From Felis catus (Eukaryota): a DNA stretch of 64,000 nt. The stretch lies in assembly GCF_018350175.1 (NCBI RefSeq), contig NC_058368.1:9362001-9426000 (forward strand), read 5' to 3'. A program made the translations under genes and the position numbers. Of this stretch, positions 50,338 to 62,144 are shown in pieces (position 1 is the stretch's first letter; every line of letters begins with the position of its first letter). The notes beneath the pieces were generated by a model. That model saw only the letters and a program-made list of their open reading frames with translations, was not told the origin of the DNA and made no database searches.

Positions 50338-51630
50338 TGAAGACCATTTTCTATTGAGCCACCGAGGGAGGGCTCAGAATAACCCCGGAATCCGTCTTTT
50401 AAATGCGTAGGCGGCCTTTAAATCTGGGCCTTGACTCCCACCATCACGTCACTTTCCTGTACAGTTCTTACCCTCTACCCGTGTTTCCTGGGTCCGTTTT
50501 AAGAGCTGGGGGCACAGAAGGAAAGCCCTGAGGCAATAAGGAAGGCGCAAGGGGGGGGGGGGGTGAAGAGTCTCCTTCCTTCCTGCCAGGGATCTGAGCA
50601 CACCAGGTTGTTTTTTTCCCTCAAAGACAAACTACTCTGGCCTGGCTTCCCACATTGATCTAATCGAGAGTCCAAACACAATTTCGGGACTGTCAAAACA
50701 AGACCCGCAGACCTGACACAGACAATTAACAGAAGTCAAGGCAACCCACCCGCCACATCCTGTCTCTCCCCGATGTCTCATCAAGGCTCTGGAAAATCCC
50801 CGCGCCCTGCCCCGGGCTGAGCTATTGCCGCAAGCAGGTTGTTGTGCTGGGGACTCCTGACACTAGGCTGGAAGCTATAATTACCCGGTGTATAATTTGG
50901 TTGCTAAATGGATTGTTGACAAAGGTGTGCCTGATGAAATCACAGGCGTTGCAGGGCATAGGGACGAAGCCGGTTGGAAGGAGGCAGGCCGCGGTCATTA
51001 ACAGCCGTGCCTCCCTCCCAGCTCCCTCGTGCCACTGCAGACTCTGACCTCCCCGAGCCACTTGGGCTTCGGGCTCCGTGACGTTTGGAAATACCCGGCC
51101 CGCCTTCCTCCCTCGGGTGTCATCAGGTAAGAAACCTCAGCGGCAGAGGACTCCCCTTGGCACAACACAGGAAACGCAGTTCTGTTAAGCCACGGCTCCC
51201 TCCTTCCCTCCCCCCTCCCCCCAGCCCCCAGGGTTAGCCTGGAAGGAAGGTGAGCATAGCAGTGGCCTGGAGGAGAGGTCCCTTCCAGGCAGCTGCTCTG
51301 GGGGTCCTTCCAGAGGGATCAGGTCTGAGACATGAGCTACTTGTCTTTTTACCCACAGTCTAAGTGATAGAATTGCAGACCCTCCCACTGCAGGGCACCT
51401 AGAAAGGAGGGAAGAAGTAGGCGTTGCCTTCTCGGCACAGGGGCTGAGAGGTCAGAGACTTTCTGAGGTCAGAGAAATGGCTTGTCCCAACCAAGGGGAC
51501 GTCCCACAGGGACAAGGATGAGTGGCCCTTTTGGGAACCGGCAGAAAGCTCGGGACACAAAATACGAATAAAGGGTTAAACCTAAAAAGGCCTGGGAGGT
51601 CAGAGCATATATCAAGTCATACATATTTCT

Positions 51631-51857
51631 TTTTTTTTTTTTTTAATTTTCTTAAACGTTTATTCATTTTTGAGAGACAGAGAGAGACAGAGCATGAGCG
51701 AGGAAGGGGCAGAGAGGGGGAGTCACAGAATCTGAAACAGGCTCCAGGCTCCAAGCTGTCAGCACAGAGCCCGACGCGGGGCTCGAACTCACGGACGGTG
51801 AGATCCTAACCTGAGCTGAAGTCGGACGCCCAACCGACTGAGCCGCCCAGGCGCCCC
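51631..51857 (-). mobile_element. Can-SINE
   Basis: TSD tcaagtcatacatatttct/tcaagtcacacatacttct. Confidence 0.96.
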
Positions 51858-52793
51858 TCAAGTCACACATACTTCTGTAAGGAACTGCTCATTTAAAACA
51901 AAACAAAGTCCCAACATAGTCTATGAGCATTCGTGTCGAAAGAATGGAAAAGTGGAAGAATTTACCGGGACATAAGCCTTCTGGTGGCAAGGGTTTAAAT
52001 TTGGGAAAGCCATGGGAAGATTAGAGAGGGTCTGAGAAGAGGAACCAGACAAGTTCAGGGATGGGAAATCAAACTGACGGAAGGACAAAGAAGTCAAAAG
52101 CAATCACTCTACATAAAAGCGGGTGAGGGGCAGTTCGATACTCATGACACTCCGGTGTCCTCAGAATTCTAGGCACCGGGGTGCTGACTTCTGCCTGACA
52201 CGGGCCTTTCTGGACCTTATCCCAAGAGATTCAGTTACCAAAGCACAAGTTGATTTTAACACAATTATATATTAACACAGGTTTCATCTGTACAGCCGTC
52301 CTGCTCCCCTGTCCGAAACCCACGAAGGGGTTACTGTCGCAACAGTTTTTCCACGCCGCACGCGGGAATGATGGCTAGGTTGCCCTGCCTTCTGTCCACC
52401 CGTCTCATCTGGCTTGTGTGCCGAGTCTGAGCTTGGGGTCTGGAAGCTTCCAGCCAGCTTTCTGATGAGGTGGGCAGTTTGCGTCCAGTCTAGCCCCTCG
52501 CAGGAGCTTGGGTCCCAGAGGGCCCTACCCCTCCAACCAGTGGCCAAGCCCAGCAGGGAGCAAGAAGACCAGTGAGCCGAGGGCACGGGGCTGGACACAG
52601 TCCATAGAGCACAGCCTCTGGGGCACACAGAGGAGCAGAGAAAGGCCGAGAATGAATAGGGTGTGTGGGGGACAACAGGGAGTCACCCAGCACAGATGGT
52701 GAAAAAAAAAAAAAAGGAGCCAGGATTGGAAATGACGGCAGCATGCAGCAGACTTCAGGCCCAGCAGATTCACGCGGTCCAGGAGAATATTTT

Positions 52794-53010
52794 CTTTCTT
52801 TTCTTTTCTTTTTTTTAAAATTCTTTTAATGTTTATTCATTTTTGAGAGACAGAGACAGAGTGTGAACGGGAGAGGGGCAGAGAGGAAGGGAGACACAGA
52901 ATCCGAGCTGCCGGCACAGAGCCCGACCGCGGGGCTCGAACTCACGAACCACGAGATCATGACCTGAGCCGAAGTCGGCCGCTTAACCGACTGAGCCACC
53001 CAGGTGCCCC
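52794..53010 (-). mobile_element. Can-SINE (small internal deletion)
   Basis: TSD ggagaatattttc/ggagcatattttc. Confidence 0.95.
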
Positions 53011-53739
53011 TGGGAGCATATTTTCAAGTAACGCACAAGCCACCTAGTGTCCTGCTCCTGCCATCGCCCACCAAGACCTGAGGAGACGCGGCTGTAATCC
53101 AGAGCCGCTCACCCCACAATAGCCTGGGAGAACAAACGAATGAGAATCCGGAGGAATCCTCTCTGTAGCAACATCCCGATGCCGCCCAGCTCCGATGCCG
53201 GCACTTCCAGCCCCGCAGGACGTGGCCCAGAGAATCTGACATAATCATTCCATTTCACAAACACCTTTTCATCCCCTTTCCCTACGGATACCTCCTCTTT
53301 TTCTGACATTATGCTATAAAATCTCAGTGACTTCAGTCCTCTTGCCTGCGGACAAGCCCGTCTGTTTAGCAGAGACGGGAGACCCAGAGAGAGAGGGGCT
53401 GCACTTGAGAGGGAGGGAGGAACGACCGAGTGCGTTCACTTCCAAAGAGCACAGCCACTGAAGATGCCCCGCATCTCTGATGGAGCAGAAAGAGGTCCTA
53501 ATATTAATAGTGACCATTTCAGCTTCATTTAAAGATGACCCCTAGATTGCAAATGGCTCATTACCGCCCCAAACCAAAACCAAACCGAAACAAAACGGGC
53601 TTTTCCATTAGAGCCAGAGCAATCAGTTTCATGTTAATTGAAGAAAGCCAACTTCAAGAATGACTGAATGTATTCATTCAAACCAAATCAGGAGCCTTAG
53701 CTCTGCCTGCGGACATCTTGTCTCCTCCTGCCTCTGCCC

Positions 53740-53759
53740 GGGGCGCCATCTAGCGTCCT
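53740..53759 (-). promoter_or_regulatory. candidate CTCF site
   Basis: reverse complement ggacgctagatggcgcccc matches the CTCF core (..CGCTAGATGGCGC). Confidence 0.5.
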
Positions 53760-54114
53760 CCAGCCTGTACTACACTCTCCAGCTCGCTTGTGGAAAAAGC
53801 CTTGTCTTGTCAGGAACTGGTTTCATAGAAAATCATGAGACTCGATAGGGGGAAAAAATTGGCCTCTATGATAGACATTTTTTTTTCAAAAGTGGTTGAG
53901 CAATAAAGACTTCCCATTTATTGGACTTCACACATGATTTTGCTTGAGCCAAACCAAAGACTCGTGACTTTTAAAAACAATGAATAGGCAGTACAGAGTA
54001 TTTGGGCAATTTTCTCACGGCTGGTTTTAGGAAAGACGTCTATGTTGCACACATAACAAGCTGACTGATTTGCGTATTGGGTTAGCAGTGCACATTTTTC
54101 AGGGTGGGACATCT

Positions 54115-54336
54115 TACGGCTAAAACGTAACCGAGCACTGTGACCCCCCCCCCATTCAAATAAGTACCCTCCAGAACCTCAGACTCTGCAAGCCGAGGGA
54201 AGAGGCCTCATGAGACACCCACCCCTTGATACCTTGATCTTGGACTTCCAGCCTCCAGAGCTACAAGAAAATGAATTTCTCTTGTTTAAGCCCTGCAGTC
54301 TGTCCTGTTATTACAGCAGCCCTAGCAAACTAATAC
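54115..54336 (+). mobile_element. MaLR LTR (MLT1A/B-like), internally deleted
   Basis: accttgatcttggacttccagcctccagagct...cagcagccctagcaaactaataca. Confidence 0.8.
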
Positions 54337-55129
54337 AGCCCCTAAATGTGTTATGTCCCCACAAGCTGGGCAAGCGTCAGGACACTGCACGCACTGAAGG
54401 TAAGGGCAACTGATACAAATCCTGCATCCCTTCATTGTCTGCACAATGCATCCTGAGCCCTGAGGTGTCCGGCAGCGGTTTTAGGAACCCCTTGTGCCCA
54501 CTCCTCACCCCGCTCAGTTGGGGAGCTATTAAGAGTTAAAACTGTCCCCTAAGACCCACGTTCCCAGATGGAGGTTCAAGGGAATCAACATCTTCCCTCG
54601 GTGGGGTGGGGGGGGGGGGACTTAGGTGACAGATCTGCCTTTGACCAACAGTTAGGTGGGTAAGCTCTGGCAAGTTAGTCTGTGAGCCCCGATTTTGTCC
54701 TCTGTAAAACGAGGGTGATCGGGTCGCTAGGAAAAATCGTATATGCTCGTCCAGTAGGAGGCTTAGCACAGCCCGTGGCACAGCACCTGCTCAGCGCGCT
54801 CCCACTGGCCACGCCTACCCGGGGACGGGGACGTCAGAACGCCCAAACGTCCTACGGCCAAGGTGTGCACAACCCCCGAGCCCCACCCCCACCCCCATCT
54901 TCCAGGGGGAAGCCACAGGAGCTGCTTCCGCGGGTGTAGCCTGTGCTCTCCACCCCCTCCCCCGGTCACAGTCCCCAGAGGCCGGACGTCCCGGATAAAA
55001 AAAGCCAAGTTCAGAAACTCGCTTCCAGTGACTTCTGATTTCCATAACCTCAATGAACGATATGAAAGCTACACCTCCTATTGGGGATCGGAGCCTTCGG
55101 CTACAAATTTTGAAACGGTTTTTTTTTTG

Positions 55130-55895
55130 CACCAAGGCTGCGGCGGCTGGACCAGGAAAGGCCGCGTGCTGCGAGGAGCCAGACTCCTCGGAACCGCAGC
55201 GCCGACTCAGCCACTTCCCGGCGAGATCAATCCCCGGCAGGGCCATTTCCCCCGGCCGCGCGGGCCATTAGTGGCTCTGGGCCAGCCCTTCGCAGAGCGC
55301 GTCACCCGCGGGCGCGCACTGCCCGGCGCCGCGCCACCCACCGCGGGCCGGCCGGGGATCGCGGAGCCCGAGCCGGAAGGACGCAGCCCTGTCGCCCGTC
55401 GCCGGCCTCCTCACGTCCCCCGCTGCATCCCGGCGCCGGGGCTGCGGAACCGAGGCGGGAGAGGCGCACTTCGCCCCGGCGAGCCCGAGTCCCTCCGCCA
55501 AGGCAGTAAATGCACCGGGTGCTGGCGCCCCCGCCCCGCTCTGTCCCCTAGACGGACGCCACGGCTCCGCCTGGCGGGCACCAGCTCCCTCCAGCTTCCC
55601 GGGCCCTGGCACGGTTTGCATCGTCAGTGGTCGGGGGGGGGGAGGGGGGCGATTTGCAGCTTCAAATGGGTGTCTCGGAGGTCTAGGTGGCAAGAGTCGC
55701 GCCGCTTAACGGAAATGCAATCAGAACGCAGAAAGGGCGAGGCCAGGAACGTCCCGCTGTGCAGCTCAATGCAGAGCAGTGCTGTGCGCGCAGCAACAGA
55801 GTACTCGGTATTTCACCGGGACCCCTGTGCCGGGCAGACAGCAGCGCTGGCCCTCTCCTGGAATCGGGGCGCTTTGGCGAAAGATTGAGCGCCTT
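55130..55895. promoter_or_regulatory. CpG island (orphan promoter/enhancer candidate)
   Basis: about 760 bp of non-repetitive, very GC- and CpG-dense sequence with a GC box (ccccgcccc) and ETS-like cores (cacttcccgg, ccggaagg). Confidence 0.8.
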
Positions 55896-57139
55896 GCAAA
55901 TGAAACCCGTTTTCTTACCTGTACCGAGGACAGAACACTGACTCTCGCAAAGGCTTCGGGCTGTAAAAGGAATGCACACTGTAGGGTCCATGGATAAGAC
56001 AATTAAAGCCCCCGTGTACATTACACGTTTTTATTTAGCCGCTTGGATGGAAACAACAAGGAGAAGTAAAGTGTCCGCGGGCAAACGTCTAAAACAGCTC
56101 ACAACTCTAAACGGCGGGTCTCACCCAGCCTCGTGCTGGATAACCTTCAGAGAAACCGTATAATGCGGAGAGCGGCCGAGAATGTCACCCAAACTGAAGT
56201 CAGGGAGTCGGTCCCTGTGAGACGGACCCTCTCCTGTAATTTGCTTTGCGAGAGGCCCTCTGTGCTGGCAGCTGTGCCCACGGAAGCTCACAGAACCGGA
56301 AGCAGCCGTGAGCAGGACTCGGGCACTGGAAGAAGAGAGGAGACGGCAAAGGGAGAGAAATGTATAGAATCGTTCACTTTGCAAATGACACTGGCGGGCA
56401 GACACATCCCTTTGAGTGGTCGCACTCAACAAGATCAGGATGTCTGTCTGGGCCTTGGGTCCTTAACCCTCAGGAAGCCAGAAGGGACAGAGGAGCTGAG
56501 CGGGATAAAAGGTCCCTGGGAGGCCCAGGGCCAGGCTGCATGGCAAGAAGTCTCCGGTGGCATTTGACAAGGCCCCACGGTCTCCTGCCATTCCTGAGAG
56601 CCGCCAGCCAGTGTGGATGTCGGGGCTTTCTTTCCCTCCCTCAAGGTCAGAGCCGGGTTAGGCTCCCTGCCTGCAGGGGGCCTGGCCCATTGGCCCTGCC
56701 CAAGGGCTTACCTCATAAGGACAGTCCTGGGGTCAGAGGGAAAACGGAAGCGTCCAGAGCTCTGATGGCTGAAATGGATCTAGGGAACAGACTCTCAGCG
56801 GTGAGGTAGGGGGGGAGGGAGGATGAGCTTAAATCTACATAATTTGGATGCAAAATGGAATATATTCTGCTTCAACCTTTGTGTTAAGCTTTTAATTCAA
56901 GTCATCAGGTATTTAGAATGCATTTTAACTTGAGAGGACGTGGAATAATTGGAAGTCAAAGAACTAAAGAACGAAAGTGACTTGTGATCTGTATATTGGT
57001 GGAAGAATATATTCTCTCGCCCACCTGAGGGGCCGCAACACCAAAAATAGCCGCGTCATTCCATTATTATGTGGCAAATAGTAAACACCTGCTGTGGCCA
57101 AACATTCTTAGAGGAAGCAATGGAAGTCCTGGCATCTTT

Positions 57140-57372
57140 CTTTCTTTCTTTTAATTTTTTAAAAATGTTTTTATTTATTTTTGAAGGAGAGAGAGAGAGA
57201 CAGAGCATGAGCTGGGGAGGAGCAGAGAGAGAGGGAGACACAGAATCCAAAGCAGGCTCCAGGCTCTGAGCTGTCAGCACAGAGCCTGATGCGGGGCTTA
57301 AACTCACGAACCGTGAGATCATGACCTGAGCCAAAGCTGGACGCTCAACTGGCTGAGCCATCCAGGCGCCCC
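57140..57372 (-). mobile_element. Can-SINE
   Basis: TSD ctggcatcttt/ctggtatcttt. Confidence 0.96.
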
Positions 57373-57419
57373 CTGGTATCTTTATTTATACAGAGATGTC
57401 ATGGAACCATACTTTCCAT

Positions 57420-57842
57420 CAGCGGTTCTCCGCGTGTGTTCCCGGGCCAGCCGCATCAGCATCACTTGGGTATTCATTAGACATGCAAATTCTCAGGCCT
57501 CTCCCTGGACCTACTGAGTCAGAAATTCTGAACCTGGGGTCCAGCACTCTGCGTTTTTTTTTTTTTTCAACGTTTTATTTATTTTTGGGACAGAGAGAGA
57601 CAGAGCATGAACGGGGGAGGGGCAGAGAGAGAGAGGGAGACACAGAATCGGAAACAGGCTCCAGGCTCCGAGCCATCAGCCCAGAGCCTGACGCGGGGCT
57701 CGAACTCACGGACCGCGAGATCGTGACCTGGCTGAAGTCGGACGCTTAACCGACTGCGCCACCCAGGCGCCCCAGCACTCTGCGTTTTAATAAGCCCCCC
57801 TGGTGATTCGGATGCCTTTTGAAATTTGAGAAGCCTGCTCTA
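57420..57842. mobile_element. MER5A-like MITE split by a young SINE
   Basis: cagcggttctc...catgcaaattctcaggcc...cctactgagtcagaaattctg...aaatttgagaagcctg. Confidence 0.85.
57557..57772 (-). mobile_element. Can-SINE, young SINEC_Fc type
   Basis: perfect TSD cagcactctgcgtttt. Confidence 0.97.
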
Positions 57843-58163
57843 CATAGCACCTGCCTTTTGGAGTCAAGTATTTAACTTTGGTCTGAAAGTCAGAATAAAT
57901 CCATGCTGTAGTGAATTTAAAATAGGGTTTGGAACATGGGAAATAAAACTTGGTAAATATACAATCATCACCCCGTCTCCTACCTGGCGCAAGAAACCTC
58001 ACATAAATCAGCAGAGGATCGAGGAGAAGAGACAGATAGGATGAAAGGGAAGGCCATTGGCTTCATGGAACCTGGACAGACCTATCTGATCATGTGCCAC
58101 AGGGCTATGTTTTCATCCAGGTTCACTGGGCATCTTAATCACCATTAAAACCAAACAAATGCA

Positions 58164-58355
58164 AGGGCACCTGGGTGGCCCAGTCGGCTGAGCATCTGAT
58201 TTTGGCTCAGGTGGTGATCTCACAGTCCATGAGTTCGGGTCCCATATCGGGCTCTCTGCTGTCAGCCCAAAGCCTGCTTTGGATCCTCTGTCCCTCCCCG
58301 GCTTGTTCTCTCTCTCTCAAAAATAAATAAACATTAAAAAAAAAACAAAAAACAA
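58164..58355 (+). mobile_element. Can-SINE (older)
   Basis: head, short CT tract, A tail, degenerate TSD. Confidence 0.92.
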
Positions 58356-58666
58356 AACCTAAACTAGTGCATACCAAATTTGAAATTTACAGATTTAATT
58401 AAGTTGGCAGAAATCCCCAAAGTTTGCCTGATAGATCTAAGAAGATATCAACAGTATTAGAACAATGGTTTACAGCTAACAGCATGTCCTTTATCTGGGA
58501 TAATGGGTTGTAGGTCAAGACCAAGCAACCAATAGCACCAATGAAAATTAATCAGGGTCTGTAAAGACCATAGACTCAGTGTGAAAGTCAATAGTATGAT
58601 GTGATCACAGGGGAAGCCGGGGAGGTACTGGGCCCTCTTCAAGCCAGTATTGCCTTGCAAGGGGAG

Positions 58667-59173
58667 TGTGGCAGACTGAAAAATGCCCCTCCACGAGGAC
58701 ATCCACATCCTTATCCCTGGAACTAGCAGATGTTACCTTACACGGGTGGAAGGAGGCTTTTCAGGTGGGATTAAGTTAAGGGTCTTGAGGGGGGGAGATT
58801 TTCCTGAGTGATTCACGTGTACCCTAAACGCCATCACATGCATTCTGCTGAGAGGGAGGCAAAGGGAAATTTGGCCACACACAAAAGAGAAGGTGTTGTG
58901 CAGACGGAACGGAGAGAGAATTGAAGACACTGGCTGTGAAGACAGGAGCAATGTGGTCCCTGACCAAGGGGGGGCCGGCAGCCACCAGTAGCTGGAAGAG
59001 GCAAGGAACAGATTCTCACGTGGAGGGAGCACGGCCCTGCCGACACCTTGATCTTGGCCCAGTGGTACTGATTTTGAATTCTGCCCTCTAGAACCAGGAG
59101 AGAAGAACATTTCTGTTGTTGTAAGCCACTGTGTCTGTGGTCATTTGTTATAGCCGCTGCTGGAACCTAATAC
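58667..59173 (+). mobile_element. MaLR solo LTR (MLT1D-like)
   Basis: tgtggcagactgaaaaatgcccc...gattaagttaagggtcttgag...gctggaagaggcaaggaacagattctc...aacctaataca. Confidence 0.88.
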
Positions 59174-60294
59174 AGGGAGAAAGGAGAGGGTTCTTTTTCG
59201 TTCTTCACTTAGAAATACTGCCTTTGGTTCTCGGTACCACACGTTAGGAGATACATTTACTGAAAGGAGCATGAATAGTTGTTCTTCAGTTGTTCCTCTT
59301 GATCCCGAGAGGAAAAGTTAAGACCAACAGGCACAATCTACAGGACGACAGATTTCAGCTTAATATAAGGAAGCGCTGTCAGGGCAGAGAGGGAATGAAC
59401 TGCCTCACGCGGTAGTGAGATCACCGTGGCTGGCGGCATTCAAGCAGAGACCGAGCTGCCCTTTGTTAGGCATGCAGATACTGTAAAGAGAATGCAAGCC
59501 CCAGGGGCGGAGCGGACTCAAGGCTGTGTAAGGCCCCTTTAAACCCAGACATTCTGGGCCTGGGTGATTTTACAGCAAGTCTCTGCTCTCACTGGAGACA
59601 AGGCAGACAGGAAGAAAGAAGGGACAAAAAGGTTGTAAAAGTCTGAGTGTGCAATGATTAAACCCAGGCACGGATGTGGCTTTGGAGATGGAGAGGAAGG
59701 AATGCATTTTTAAAGAGGTTTTGGAGGCTTAAGTAATCAGTCTTTGGCAGCAGCTTGAATTTGGAGAAAGAAGAGTATTTATTAGGTGCCTCCGAAGAAT
59801 GCTGAGCCCAGAGCTGTGGGCAAGATAAACACAGATGGACACCTGTCCCCAGGGAGAGAGCAGAGCCCACGTGAAATAATTGGGGAGTAGGGTTCTAATA
59901 GTGAGGTGCCTTTGATAGGGGTACAAGTGTGAAAAGGAAGGGACCGGAGAAGACTAGGTTCATCAGAGGTTTTGGGGTTTTGCGCTGGAGGAAGTGGGCT
60001 TTGAAGGATGGCCAGATCTAGGTAAGAGAAGAGAAAGAGGAGAAAGTGTGAAGGCGGAGGAGTGGACGGGCCGGTGGGGACTCCGTGCTGAAGGAGTACA
60101 ACACTCCCTGGTCTGGTTTGTGTGGCAAACAGCAGGGAAGGGTTCACATGCGGCTGGATAAGTGGCCCAGACTCCAAGGCAAGGCTTGCAGCAGAGGCTG
60201 CGATTCCAGAAAAAAGACAAAGAAAAAAGACAAAGAGGTCGTGAAGGTACGTTTAGCTGCTGGCGCCTTCCATTTGAGTGTGTTTGCAAGGTCT

Positions 60295-61270
60295 CCAGAG
60301 ACGACCTTGGCGACCTGGCTTGGGGAAAGTACTTCTTCAACACAACTCGAAAGTGCAAAGCAAAAGACGAAAGCTTAATGGATCTGAATCCACCAAAATG
60401 CAAGGGTTCTATTCAGAGAAGGACCAGGTTATCCTGTGGCAGATTGGGAGAAGGTGCCTGCAATGTCAAAACTGACGAGGGACTGGGGATCCCTAGATCC
60501 CTAGGGATCTGGAATACGCAAGAACCCTGCAGAGCAGCAGAAAAGTTAGAAACCCCCTCTCTCCAATGAACAAAGGATCAGAAGAGGCATTTCACAGAAG
60601 AGGAAACCCTCCTGAATAACAGGTGTGTGAAGAGATGTCCCAACTCATCAGTAATTAGAGAAATACAAATTAAAATGACAATGAGCTACCACTGACACCC
60701 ATCCAATTGGCAAAAACTAGAAAGCTGGATAATGCCAAGTGGTGGCCGGGATGTGGGAACAGTGGAATTCCTTGGACCTGCTGGAGGTGTGCGGACTGGT
60801 ACAGCCATGCCAGAGAGCGGTGCTTTGTCACATTCCATATTCGTGTGCGCTGTGACCCAACAATGCCACCCCAGGCCGGTTTCCCAGAGGAGCCCTCCTA
60901 CAAGTCCTCAGGGGCCATGCATGAAGATGCTGGCTGCCTTTGTTCGTGGCAGTGGGTGTCCTTCTGTGGGGGGTGGATGGGTACAAGTGGAGGAGACACT
61001 CTCTGAGACACTCTGCCCAAGTCGGAAGTGTAGACCACGTGTACACGTGACGACATGAATAGATTGTTTAAAATACGGTGTGCGTCAAGAAAGCGAGAGA
61101 CAACGGAGGCTATAAGGAGATTCGTGTACATTTCATACTACACGTCTGTTTAACACCACATGTCTGATAGGGGACGTGCTAGTAACGTACGTAGGTCACG
61201 TTGGAATGGTCGCCTACGAGAGGAAGGGAAATGGAAGCCGAGAGAACAAATGCATACATGCATGAATGAG
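60295..61270 (+). mobile_element. ancient L1 (L1MC/L1ME-like) ORF2 end and 3' UTR
   Basis: ttcacagaagaggaaacc...actcatcagtaattagagaaatacaaattaaaatgacaatgag...ggcaaaaactagaaagctggataatgccaag. Confidence 0.75.
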
Positions 61271-61677
61271 ACCGGGCTCTGTAGGAACCAATGAAGTATA
61301 TAGTGAGGAATGTGATGAACCCAACCCTCTGCTTCTGGGGGCAAAATAGAGAGATCTCTTACGCATTGTATCAATTACTAATGCAATTCCATATCTACAT
61401 ATTGAACAGATGACTTACGAGCATTAGCAAGAAAATGGTACCAAGAGGAGCCCATTATGGGCCATAAAGTGGAAGTCATGACACAAATTCGTTTAATGTG
61501 GAGAGCTACTAAACTAGTAGTCACGCGATGTCACTAGAGATAGCACAGAAAGTCATTGTCGTGAACCCTGTGAAAAGCGAGAGGACGCATGGACAGAATC
61601 GATATTGAGTATGTCGTCCGAGCTGGCTGAGCAACGAAATCCAGTAGAGTTTGGGTCATCACCTTAACTCCTTCTAG

Positions 61678-62095
61678 AGCTGTGGTTCCTACGAATTTTC
61701 AGGTTGCTGCTCTTTGAGAACCTTATCGAAGTTTTGGCCCTTCGTCTCAGAAAAATAGACATGAGCAGATACAAGATTTTATATCCAATATCGGGGATTA
61801 GAGCAGTGTGAGACCTTAGAGCCATGGATTTCAGGCTGCGAACCAAGTTCAACCAAGTTGATAAGCGGGGATATCCACCACTGAGACCTGAATAAGGATA
61901 TCTGTGTTTTTAAGTGTCCCCAGGTTGCCTTGGTATATGTCCGTAGCTCAAGTAGCAGATCAAACCTCACTGATCATGGGAATCATCTAAGGATCTTTTG
62001 TAAGAAGACAGGTATCCAAGCCTCGTCGTTAAGGGGTTCTGCTATATTAGACCCTAGAAATCTGTGAATTTTTGCTTTTCTCCAGGTTGATACAG
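61678..62095. mobile_element. cluster of degenerate hAT-Charlie/MER5 remnants
   Basis: gtggttcctac...ctttgagaaccttatcgaag...cagaaaaatagacat (Charlie4z-like), then atctgtgtttttaagtgtccccaggt and ggaatcatctaaggatctt (MER5-like). Confidence 0.45.
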
Positions 62096-62144
62096 GGGAG
62101 GGTCTGTGAATTTTTGCTTTTCTCCAGGTTGATACAGGGGAGGG
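62061..62144. repeat. perfect 42-bp tandem duplication
   Basis: tctgtgaatttttgcttttctccaggttgatacaggggaggg x2. Confidence 0.97.

Noticed and set aside
54863..55888. 341-aa ORF and overlapping antisense ORFs
   Set aside because: Lies in the CpG island where stop codons are rare; non-ATG start, P/R/G/A-rich, no recognisable domain
60085..60569. Lys-rich ORFs resembling a coding exon
   Set aside because: Largely degenerate L1 ORF2 sequence plus A-rich low complexity
62061..62144. CRISPR-like direct repeat
   Set aside because: Two abutting copies, no spacers, eukaryotic context
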